IMG/VR virus record: IMGVR_UViG_3300018080_000027
Coordinates: 1 to 54,687 of that record
Origin: a virus
Strand: one strand, 5' to 3'
Length of the DNA: 54,687 nt
Shown: positions 19,456-27,560 of the stretch, one piece after another
Position numbering within the stretch: position 1 is the first letter of the stretch
How the letters are laid out: each line of letters starts with the position of its first letter
Made by a program: the position numbers and the translations under genes
Notes under the pieces: model-generated
Seen by the model: only the letters and a program-made list of their open reading frames with translations
Databases searched by the model: none
Told to the model about the DNA's origin: nothing

Positions 19456-20547
19456 TTAGGCTCCTATAAGAAAGTCTCGAACGTCCTTGCCTGACTTAGG
19501 CTGGATCTCGTAGGGTAGTTTCGCTACGCGAGCTTCTGCCGCGACACCATGCAGTGCCCGGCACCATTTCTCCACGCCGACTTGGCCGGCTTCGTCCGCG
19601 TCTCCCACAACGGCAACCGGAAGGCCCGCCAAGAGCTTGACTTGGTGCGACACTATCTCGGCGGTGGCTCCGGCGGGGGAAGTCACGACGGCGATATACT
19701 CTCTCTGGTCCTCGGGAATTGCACCCATGAGCGACAGTAGGTCCGGAATGCCTTCTACCTTCCAGACTAGCTTGATTTCTTTCCGCCGCTCCTCATCGAG
19801 CAGCATTATCAGGCTAGATAGCCCGCAAAGCGTTCCGTGCGTTGGGCCAACGCTGACGTTCTTCGCGTACCGCCGATCGCCGCCCGCTTTCCGCACGTCC
19901 GGTGGGGTCACGTCGATCGGCTGGCCCGACGTGTCGAAGACTTGCCACGCCACCGGATCGGCGTCGAGGAACCATTCCCCGTAGCACGGAAACGCGACCA
20001 CCTGCCGAACATTGTGTGTTCTCTTGAGCTTCTTCGTCTTTTTGTCGACGTAGCACGGGTAGTAGGCGAGTTGACCGCCGGCCGCCTTGATCGATTCGAG
20101 CGTGACACCCGGCTTGTGAAGGCACCACCCTTGGGCCAGCATTTCGTTTCCCGGCGTCTCCCACGATTGGAATTCAATCCTCGTTCTCCAGTTGGTCTCC
20201 CCCCGGTTGGATTGCTTTGTGCGGCCGATCGTGATTCCCGCCTTCTCCGCGTACGCCTTACGAGCCGCTTTCCAGTCAGCAAATTTACCCGCGTTGGCCG
20301 CGAAGTCGAATAGCGAGCAGGAATAGGCGGCCACGTTCTTGCCGCCGGAGTCGCCGTAGTATCCCGTCTTGATGTTGATCCAGGCCGATGGCTTCCGGTC
20401 CTCGCGTCCAAACGCATAGCACGACACCATGCCGGATGATCGAGGCGAGCCACTGACCTGGACGCCGAGAGCAGCGTACTCGCCGGCAACGTCGAGGCGG
20501 CTCATTATTTCGGCATTGATCTCTTGTGGTGTTTGACTAGCCATTTT
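19456..20547 (-). CDS. DnaG-like primase (TOPRIM) with a degenerate CHC2 zinc-finger region
   Basis: TOPRIM motifs KVEGIPDLLS and VAVVGDADEAGQ. N-terminal SCYAFGREDRKPSAWINIKTGYYGDSGG resembles CPFHxEKTPSF...CFGCGxxGD but lacks most Cys residues. ATG 20547 has a GGGAG RBS and overlaps the upstream stop. Confidence 0.75.
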   Translation of the reverse strand, partial: KMASQTPQEINAEIMSRLDVAGEYAALGVQVSGSPRSSGMVSCYAFGREDRKPSAWINIKTGYYGDSGGKNVAAYSCSLFDFAANAGKFADWKAARKAYAEKAGITIGRTKQSNRGETNWRTRIEFQSWETPGNEMLAQGWCLHKPGVTLESIKAAGGQLAYYPCYVDKKTKKLKRTHNVRQVVAFPCYGEWFLDADPVAWQVFDTSGQPIDVTPPDVRKAGGDRRYAKNVSVGPTHGTLCGLSSLIMLLDEERRKEIKLVWKVEGIPDLLSLMGAIPEDQREYIAVVTSPAGATAEIVSHQVKLLAGLPVAVVGDADEAGQVGVEKWCRALHGVAAEARVAKLPYEIQPKSGKDVRDFLIGA

Positions 20548-21091
20548 GCTCCCACCATTTGTGCATGATCTGAAATGCCAGTAGTTCTGCTCGCCGCCGG
20601 TCGCCGGCATAGAACCACGGCACGCCATATTTCTGAGGCCACGACGCGGTCACACCGAGGATCGTATTTCCGCTCGCCCGCCGGCCGTCGTCGGCATCTA
20701 GTTCCTCGCAGATTGCCGACATCGAGCCCTCGATCACGACGCACGCGAATCCTCCCGATTCGATCATCTCGGCCATGCGTTCGTGCTCGCGACGGAACCG
20801 AGCGTTCCCGGCGGTGACAGAACCCACGAGATCGGATGCTGACTTTCGCTCGATCGTGAAGTGGTGCGCGTAACTCTGGATTGAGTAGTCGCCAATCGCG
20901 ATTGAGTAGTCTCCGGTCTGGAGAGTTTGCTTATGCTGTCTGACTACCTGCTGGTCGCCCCTGAGCACAATCCCTTGAAACGTCCACGGAGCTTGCTCTC
21001 GCGTGTCGACGAGTATACCGAACGGACAAACCGACAGGTTCATAGTGGGTTGCTGCACGATGCGTTTCGTGGGGGGGGAGCACTGTATCAT
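20537..21091 (-). CDS. ERCC4/XPF-Mus81-type nuclease domain protein
   Basis: VDTREQ, GDYS and IERKSASDLVGS (ERKxxxD signature). ATG 21091 overlaps the upstream stop as ATGA and is preceded by GGGAGA. Confidence 0.75.
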   Translation of the reverse strand: MIQCSPPTKRIVQQPTMNLSVCPFGILVDTREQAPWTFQGIVLRGDQQVVRQHKQTLQTGDYSIAIGDYSIQSYAHHFTIERKSASDLVGSVTAGNARFRREHERMAEMIESGGFACVVIEGSMSAICEELDADDGRRASGNTILGVTASWPQKYGVPWFYAGDRRRAELLAFQIMHKWWEQNG

Positions 21092-22074
21092 AGCGACCCG
21101 TCTCCCTCTCCCTCGGCAGCCCCAACATTCCCGCGCAACTCCATCTCCCCAATAACGAACTCGAAACCATGTTGATACTCGGCCTGTTGCTCTTCGGTGT
21201 AGCCATGATCCGCGGCACATTGCTCGCCGTGCTCACGCCACCAAGAGACCGGTTTGCGAATGCAGCCGCTCGTGATATGGCCGTTGTCCGATTCGCAGAC
21301 GAAATGACTGGATGGCTGAATGAATACGGGGGATTGGTACCATTCCCCGCCGTGGAAGATCCCGTCGTGGAAGGTCCCGCCGTAGAAGGCCCCGCCGTGG
21401 AAGGTCCCGCCGCGGAAGATCCCGCCGCGGAAGGTCCCGCCGCGGAAGGTCCCGCCGCAGAAGGCCCCGCCGCGGAAGGTCCCGTCGTAGAAGGCCCCGC
21501 CGTAGAAGGTCCCGCCGCGGAAGGTCCCGCCGTGGAAGGCCCCGTCGCGGAAGGTCCCGTCGTGGAAGGTCCCGCCGTGGAAGGTCCCGTCGTGGAAGGT
21601 CCCGTCGTAGAAGGTCCCGTCGCAGAAGGCCCCGCCGTAGAAGGTCCCGTCGTGGAAGATCCCGCCGTAGAAGGCCCCGCCGCGGAAGGTCCCGCCGCGG
21701 AAGGCCCCGCCGCGGAAGGCCCCGCCGTGGAAGATCCCGTCGTGGAAGGCCCCGCCGTGGAAGGTCCCGCCGTGGAAGGTCCCGTCGTGGAAGGTCCCGC
21801 CGCGGAAGGTCCCGCCGCAGAAGGTCCCGCCGCGGAAGGTCCCGCCGTAGAAGGCCCCGCCGCCGAAGGTCCCGCCGTGGAAGGTCCCGCCGTGGAAGAT
21901 CCCGCCGTAGAAGGTCCCGTCGCGGAAGGTCCCGCCGTAGACAATTGCCGGTCCCGAAAATCGGCAACCATCGCTTGGACTCACAGCCTTATGCACTGCT
22001 GCTTTTCCGATCATCCTCCAATCGGATGTGTCAGTGCTAGTAATGCGTGCCGCCCTTTCAATTAGCGATTCCAT
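21088..22074 (-). CDS. Repeat protein with 40 tandem non-canonical pentapeptides x(G/D)G(T/A/I)F, plus a Cys/His-containing C-terminal domain
   Basis: ATG 22074 (MESLIERAAR) lies 26 nt after the helicase stop, with a GAGAAAGGAAA RBS. The stop is coupled to the nuclease start (ATGA at 21088-21091). Only this frame has coupled boundaries. Confidence 0.7.
   Translation of the reverse strand: MESLIERAARITSTDTSDWRMIGKAAVHKAVSPSDGCRFSGPAIVYGGTFRDGTFYGGIFHGGTFHGGTFGGGAFYGGTFRGGTFCGGTFRGGTFHDGTFHGGTFHGGAFHDGIFHGGAFRGGAFRGGTFRGGAFYGGIFHDGTFYGGAFCDGTFYDGTFHDGTFHGGTFHDGTFRDGAFHGGTFRGGTFYGGAFYDGTFRGGAFCGGTFRGGTFRGGIFRGGTFHGGAFYGGTFHDGIFHGGEWYQSPVFIQPSSHFVCESDNGHITSGCIRKPVSWWREHGEQCAADHGYTEEQQAEYQHGFEFVIGEMELRGNVGAAEGEGDGSL
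21340..21939. repeat. Perfectly phased 15-bp tandem repeat, 40 units, + strand consensus GAAG[G/A][T/C]CCCG[C/T]CG[T/C][G/A]
   Basis: All 39 full units were enumerated by eye. There are no indels, 10 of 15 positions are invariant, and 5 positions toggle between transition pairs (one exception, gcc in the unit at 21850-21864). Confidence 0.95.
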
Positions 22075-22100
22075 GTCATTTCCTTTCTCGTATTGCTTCC

Positions 22101-24467
22101 TCACCAAGTCCTTTCGTCTCCCTCCACAAGAAGAACCCCCGCGTCCGCTGCTATCTGGCGGATCGTTTCCGCCATAAACGTCTTTCGCTCTTGAAGCACC
22201 GCTCGGCGGCACACCGAATCGGCCACATGCTTTGCCCCGACGGCGATACACACCTTCTGCGCTCGAGACAGTCCGGTGTAGACGTGTTCTCGGCTCATCA
22301 CGCCATGTGGACCGCTCGCACCGGGGTACTCGTCGAGGCAGTAGATAACGACCGGCCATTGGCTGCCTTGCGATTTGTGCGTGGTCACGGCGTACGCCAA
22401 GTCGAGGTCGCAGCCCGTGCCTGCCTCGTCGCCGTTCTTTTCGTCGCTGGCCGGCTTGCCGGCGCCGCGGAACACAATCACCGGCTTGAGTGTGCTGGGA
22501 AATTGCACCACCGTTTTCTTCTCTTCCGCGACCAGCACCTTGCCGATTTCTCCGTTGGCAATCAGTGCCTTTTCGTCGGCAGAAGACCATTCCCCTTTCC
22601 GGGATCGCGTTGCAAACGGAATGAATTGGTTCTTGAGCTGAATCACCTTGTCGCTAGCGCGAAACGGGGTGCGGATATTCTTGTCGGCAACGGCTGGATT
22701 CAGAAGGTCCTGAAGTCGCTTGTTCAGGGCCACGCGACCTAGCGTCGACCGCTTGTTGACCGCTACCAATACCTGCGCGTCCCAGACAGCATCGAAGGGC
22801 GAATTGTCGCGGATGTCTCCGAGTATTTCACAGATGACGTTCGGCGCCTGCGAGCCCTTGCAGTGGCGCAGGATTAGGTTCTTGGGGTTTTCGGCTTGCA
22901 GGTCGAATTGTTCGTCCGGCTCCCACGGCTCTCGGTCGATGATCGCGGAGCAGACCCGAACGATAGTGCCGGCATTTCGGTGAATCTCCACCAGTTCCCC
23001 GCTCGGCAATCCCGCTTCGAGCATGTCGCGTACCGGGGCACCGTACTCGACTGGGGGAAGCTGGTTGACGTCGGCTACCAAGAGCAACCCGCACCCCCGC
23101 GGTATCGCGGCCAGTAGCGAGCGGAACAATCCCGTACCGAGCATCGACGCTTCTTCGACGATCACGAAACGAGCCGCGAGCGGGTTGGCCTCATCGTGCT
23201 GGAACTCCCACCCGCCCTCGTCGACCGCCTGGACGCCAAGTCCCGAATGGATCGTCGTCGGATTCGTGCCGGCGAGTTTCGCTTCGGCCATCAATTCCTT
23301 GACTCGCTGGGCGGCTTTTCCGGTCGGCGCCATCACCTTCACGCAGCCCTGACCGTGCATCTTCTGGATCGCACGGACAAGCCGCACGAGCGTAAACGAT
23401 TTCCCGGTCCCCGGCCGCCCGCCAAGGATGCCCACCGGGCCGCCTAGCGCACGGCGAAGCTCGCTCCGCTGATGGTCAGTCAATTCGCTGAAGTCTTCCT
23501 GGTCTACAGACGGCCACTCGATCGAATCATGGGCCATCTTGTCGGCCAGCTTCCGGCAACAATACTCCTCGGCGTTCGCGCGTCGAATGTCGGCCGACCA
23601 CACCTTCCCAAACTGGTCTTTTCGCACCTTCAGGATCTTGCCGCGGACGGCCAGTGTGAGCGCCTTCTCGGGAGTGACTTGCGTACCGCCCACCGCGGCC
23701 TTCAGGTAATCGATGCCCTTCTGCCACTCCACCCACGTATGCCCCTCGCCGTCTGAGGCTTTCAGGGTCGCGTAGGTCAGGCAGTACGCTTGCCGCTTCA
23801 GCTTGGCCGGGTCATGGCCGAGGTCTAAGTAGAACTTGTCCGCCTTCAGGAACCCGACGCCACGCAAGGCCATCGCCCGGTGCGGCCAACGGGTGAGGAT
23901 GTCGTGTGCCGCTGCCCCCCACAGCGTCAGCGATTGGCGAACACACGCCTTGCCGAATCCACGGCCATCGAATAGATCGTATAGCTGGATCGTGAGGTCT
24001 TCGGCGGCCTTCAACTCGTGCAACGTCTCGGCCGCCTCGCGTGCTTTCTCGGGCGTGAATTGTCTCACGCCGATGGCTTCGGCTGCCTGCTCCGGTTCCT
24101 CTCGCAGTTCTTTGACCGCATCGCCCCGAAACGCATCCCACAACGCGTGGGCGATCGCCGGGCCGACGTGCTTGGCCTGCTGGAGGTACTTGACAATTCC
24201 CGCCTGGTTGTGCGGCTGAACGGAAGCGAATGAATCGAAGCGGAACGATGGCCCGTACTGGCTATTACTGTTGTCCCATCGCCCCCAGAACCGAAATGGC
24301 AATTGGGCCTTCAGTTCGCCCGGTTCCGCGTTGCCGAGGATCGAGAACCTCGCGGGTGCGTCCCGGTTGACCGGCGGCTGTTGTTTCGCCGACATGATGC
24401 AGAACGAATCACGGCGAAACTTTTCGTCGATCGGGACCGCTGTTATCTCGTGCAATTTTGCTGGCAT
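22101..24467 (-). CDS. RecD/TraA-family SF1 DNA helicase
   Basis: GGRPGTGKSF (motif I), APTGKAAQR (Ia), FVIVEEASML (II), LLLVADVNQLPPVEYGAP (III), AVTTHKSQGSQWPVVI (V/VI) and VYTGLSRAQK. Confidence 0.9.
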   Translation of the reverse strand: MPAKLHEITAVPIDEKFRRDSFCIMSAKQQPPVNRDAPARFSILGNAEPGELKAQLPFRFWGRWDNSNSQYGPSFRFDSFASVQPHNQAGIVKYLQQAKHVGPAIAHALWDAFRGDAVKELREEPEQAAEAIGVRQFTPEKAREAAETLHELKAAEDLTIQLYDLFDGRGFGKACVRQSLTLWGAAAHDILTRWPHRAMALRGVGFLKADKFYLDLGHDPAKLKRQAYCLTYATLKASDGEGHTWVEWQKGIDYLKAAVGGTQVTPEKALTLAVRGKILKVRKDQFGKVWSADIRRANAEEYCCRKLADKMAHDSIEWPSVDQEDFSELTDHQRSELRRALGGPVGILGGRPGTGKSFTLVRLVRAIQKMHGQGCVKVMAPTGKAAQRVKELMAEAKLAGTNPTTIHSGLGVQAVDEGGWEFQHDEANPLAARFVIVEEASMLGTGLFRSLLAAIPRGCGLLLVADVNQLPPVEYGAPVRDMLEAGLPSGELVEIHRNAGTIVRVCSAIIDREPWEPDEQFDLQAENPKNLILRHCKGSQAPNVICEILGDIRDNSPFDAVWDAQVLVAVNKRSTLGRVALNKRLQDLLNPAVADKNIRTPFRASDKVIQLKNQFIPFATRSRKGEWSSADEKALIANGEIGKVLVAEEKKTVVQFPSTLKPVIVFRGAGKPASDEKNGDEAGTGCDLDLAYAVTTHKSQGSQWPVVIYCLDEYPGASGPHGVMSREHVYTGLSRAQKVCIAVGAKHVADSVCRRAVLQERKTFMAETIRQIAADAGVLLVEGDERTW

Positions 24468-24622
24468 AGGTCCTCCGTGGCTATTTCCCAGGCAGCTCTC
24501 ATTAGGTCCGCTGCGTCTTCTTGCGAAAAACCGTCTCGGACAAGGGCTTCAGCGGCCATGAGCACGGCGGCTGTAGTCTGCTTGTCCGACTTGGCCTCAG
24601 TCGTTTCTGCTCTAGCAATCAT
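24443..24622 (-). CDS. Hypothetical small protein
   Basis: ORF 24443..24634. ATG 24622 overlaps the upstream stop (TAATG). The 3' end overlaps the helicase start by 25 nt. Confidence 0.4.
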   Translation of the reverse strand: MIARAETTEAKSDKQTTAAVLMAAEALVRDGFSQEDAADLMRAAWEIATEDLCQQNCTR

Positions 24623-25038
24623 TAGTGAAACCATTTCGATAGTCCCTCCAGCATGTTTTCGAGTGCAGCAAGTTGCCCGTCGGTTGCAGAGCCGATTCTC
24701 TCGACTGTAGCAATGATCTCCGTTGCCTTTTCGAGCACGCTGGTAGCGAAGTCGTAACCAGCATCGGGAATGTTCCCGTTCGCTACTAAGTCCTCGATTT
24801 CAGAAAACATCTCGCACGCCTCGTCGTGGCTGTTCGAGGCCGGCGATACCGGCGCGGGCTTCGTTGATTCCGTCGCAGGAAGCAATTTCTTTTCGATCGA
24901 CTCCCGCATCAACTCCCAGAAGCGTCTCCGCGACTGGTCAGACGGTAGCAGCGGGACCTCTCCTGCCAATAAACGGCCGATAGTGCGGTGCAGGTTCCGT
25001 GCTGCCTTACCGTCGTTGACGTTGTCTTCAATGGCCAT
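24622..25038 (-). CDS. Hypothetical protein
   Basis: ORF 24622..25083 (TTG start in the track). First ATG is at 25038. No clear RBS, so the start is uncertain. Confidence 0.4.
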   Translation of the reverse strand: MAIEDNVNDGKAARNLHRTIGRLLAGEVPLLPSDQSRRRFWELMRESIEKKLLPATESTKPAPVSPASNSHDEACEMFSEIEDLVANGNIPDAGYDFATSVLEKATEIIATVERIGSATDGQLAALENMLEGLSKWFH

Positions 25039-25146
25039 GTCGAACACCGTGAAAGAAAAGTGCGGCGGCCCGCGCAAAAGCAACCGAAAAGGGAGTCCTG
25101 ATTCGCCTTCGGAGACACTTGAGCCGCAGGCCGCCGCGTAGTAGAG

Positions 25147-25722
25147 TTACCAGTCCATTCCCGCATTACCGGCAGCGGGAGCCGCGGCTGCCGGCGGTTG
25201 CTGCTGGGTCGCCGGCCCGCCCGCTTGCTGTGTAAGCATCCCGAGAAACTGCTTGTCCTTCGGAATGCGGATTGCTTTCGGTGAATGCACCGAGAACGTG
25301 CGGAATCCGATCCGCGGGTACGGGCCGGGCTTCTCCTTGTCGGGCTCGTACTTGCCGGTGGCCTCGTTCTTGGTCATGTTCGGCTCCATCTTGACGCTGG
25401 CGCAGATTTGCCGGCCCTTGAAGAGCGATTCGTCGATGTCGAGACCTAGGCCGGCGTCGGCCGCCGCTTTCCGCTGTTCGGCGGTAATGATCCCCGCCGC
25501 CTCCGCGAGGTTGTAGAGCTTGTCGACGGCCTTCCCTTCGCACGGGAAGAACTCGCTGACCTGTTTGCCCTTCTGGGAAGCATCGCTCGCCGCGAGAACT
25601 TGGAAGACACACTTCACGGCCGTGCCGTACTGCGTTTCGACCGAGCAATCTTCGATCAGCAGGTGGCAATCGCAGTCGGCATCGATCATCCGACTAGAAG
25701 AACCCGGATCGCATTGAACCAT
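25147..25722 (-). CDS. DUF669-like putative ssDNA-binding protein
   Basis: ATG 25722 is preceded by GGAGGA. The pattern resembles DUF669 proteins that usually follow Sak4/AAA_24 ATPases. C-terminal Q/P/A-rich tail. Confidence 0.45.
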   Translation of the reverse strand: MVQCDPGSSSRMIDADCDCHLLIEDCSVETQYGTAVKCVFQVLAASDASQKGKQVSEFFPCEGKAVDKLYNLAEAAGIITAEQRKAAADAGLGLDIDESLFKGRQICASVKMEPNMTKNEATGKYEPDKEKPGPYPRIGFRTFSVHSPKAIRIPKDKQFLGMLTQQAGGPATQQQPPAAAAPAAGNAGMDW

Positions 25723-25893
25723 TTCAGTTTCCTCCATTCAGTAGGGCCTCAAGTTTGATCTGTTGGCTCGCCGTGAGGCCCCAGGTGGGCGGAAAGCCAT
25801 TTACTTCAAGGCTACCAAGCCATACTCTGGCGTGTCCGAATCGCCCGCACAGTACGGACAGGTCATTGGGCCAGGCGAGCGACCGGAGCCACG

Positions 25894-27432
25894 CTAAAAA
25901 GGGATCTCGTCTTCCTTAACCGTTTGCGCCGCGGGGTTCAGCATTCCCTCGAGCGCCGCGATACGATCCGCTGCTTGCTGGAAGCTGAGGGAATTCGCCG
26001 AGTTGTACCCGAGCGATTGCAGGAATTTCGCGTTCTCTGCCATCGCACCCTGGCTGTAGAGCTTCATCGAGAGATCGCGAATCCGGTCTCGCTGCTCTTG
26101 TGTGGCCCTGCCGTTGGTGGGCAGCGCCGGTTCTTTTTCGGCTGGCGGGAGCACTGGCATTGCCGCCATGTCTTTGTCGTGCTTCATCTTCAGCAGCTTG
26201 GAGAGGACATCTTCGGCCTCCGAAGCGGGCAGTTGTGCCGGGCTGTTGACGTTTGTTTGCGCCGAGAACCATTCGCACGCATGGGCGCCGGTCTCGAATA
26301 GTTCCCTCAAGAGCCCCATGATCTCTTGCTGCTCTCGGTCTGAAGCCAACGCCGGCTGAGGATCTTCGGCGGGCGGTGCCGTTGCGGGTGGCTGCGATCG
26401 AGTGTCTGCGTTTCCGGCCGCCGCGGCTTGCTTTGCCAATTCCAAAGCCGACAGCTTCGATTGCTCTGCCTCGGCCTGGAATTGGGCGATCTGCTGCTGA
26501 ACCGCGAGCCGCTCGTCCTCGCTCAGTTTCGCCGGCTCGGGCAGCCGTTCGGCAGCCGCCAGCTTACTAAAGTCCGGCGGGTTCGCGATGTACGCCCGAA
26601 TTGCGTCGGGAGTGCATTCCGGTATTCGAGGCGGGAGAACGGGTCGATCGTCGGCCGCCGTCTTCCCGAAGACGACTAACCGCTCCTTCTTCAAGATGCC
26701 GGCCGGTACTTTGGGTGCTTCCTTGCCCTTCGCTTTCGGAGACCGGTCAAGCTCGATGTGGAGGGTCGCGAGTTTCTCAAGGACATCGAGTCCTTCGGCA
26801 ATCTTGTTCTTCGTCTTCTTGCCATCAGCCCACTCGTTCTTCAGATGAACCGTCATCACGAAGGTCTCGAACCGCAACCGGCAATCGGTCGACAGGATGT
26901 GTGAGAGCATCGACTTCACGTCCGGCCAGAGAAACATGCTGGCGGCCTTCGTGTACTCGGCCGCCGATCGCCCGAACGCCTCGGGGTGCCGACGAAGCCA
27001 GTCGATGAGCCCTTCTTGCAATGGCGTGAACGTGTCGACGATACCTACGCGGTATCGACCGGGTGGAATCGAGAGCATCGAGAGATACCACGCGCGAAAG
27101 AGTGAGGCCGATGGCGAATTGCCGCAATCGGCTTTCTCTTTCAAGATTCGGAGCCAACGAGGGTCGTTGCTCTCGGGTGTGACCACGCGATTATGAACCC
27201 CCGCGTCAATAGCCGCTCGCGTGTCCTTGTGCTCGAAGTTGAGCCCACCAGCGTAGGAATCCAGCGACCCCTCTTGGTCGAATGCGATAGTGGTCGGCTC
27301 GACTTCCGACGACGGCAGCCGGCAATTTTCATCGATCGTCACGCCGAACAGGCTCTTCCCGCTGTTGACTGCGCCGGACACCATGATGATCGGTATCCGC
27401 TGGTTCCCCCAAAGACTTGTGGATGTTGGCAT
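25894..27432 (-). CDS. RecA-superfamily P-loop ATPase (Sak4/AAA_24-like) with a long C-terminal extension ending in an SSB-type acidic tip
   Basis: Walker A SGAVNSGKS and Walker B-like RVGIVDTF. ATG 27432 is preceded by GGAGGGAG. The last residues are KEDEIPF. Confidence 0.6.
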   Translation of the reverse strand: MPTSTSLWGNQRIPIIMVSGAVNSGKSLFGVTIDENCRLPSSEVEPTTIAFDQEGSLDSYAGGLNFEHKDTRAAIDAGVHNRVVTPESNDPRWLRILKEKADCGNSPSASLFRAWYLSMLSIPPGRYRVGIVDTFTPLQEGLIDWLRRHPEAFGRSAAEYTKAASMFLWPDVKSMLSHILSTDCRLRFETFVMTVHLKNEWADGKKTKNKIAEGLDVLEKLATLHIELDRSPKAKGKEAPKVPAGILKKERLVVFGKTAADDRPVLPPRIPECTPDAIRAYIANPPDFSKLAAAERLPEPAKLSEDERLAVQQQIAQFQAEAEQSKLSALELAKQAAAAGNADTRSQPPATAPPAEDPQPALASDREQQEIMGLLRELFETGAHACEWFSAQTNVNSPAQLPASEAEDVLSKLLKMKHDKDMAAMPVLPPAEKEPALPTNGRATQEQRDRIRDLSMKLYSQGAMAENAKFLQSLGYNSANSLSFQQAADRIAALEGMLNPAAQTVKEDEIPF

Positions 27433-27560
27433 GGCTCCCTCCGTTGAGTTGAATGACATTCAAGTTCCAGAGTGGAGCGGCCGGGAATCGGGCCCGGCAC
27501 AAGGCCACGAGCGGTGATAAGTGGAGTCCCGTCCTTCGCTCGTTCCTTCGCTCCGGTCGT

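Noticed and set aside
20931-22065. Alternative long ORFs across the 15-bp array (GPSTAG-type 20931..21971 -, RRDLP-type 21233..21967 -, PAVEG-type 21169..22065 +), and the idea of a CRISPR array
   Set aside because: All six frames are open only because the 15-bp unit lacks stop codons. Only the GGTFx frame has an RBS plus ATG after the helicase stop and an ATGA coupling to the nuclease. The units are contiguous with no spacers, so this is not CRISPR.
25805-25866. 21-codon minus-strand ORF (MTCPYCAGDSDTPEYGLVALK) in the gap between the ATPase and DUF669-like genes
   Set aside because: It is too short, has no RBS, and contains only half of a zinc-ribbon-like pattern. It is not supportable from sequence alone.
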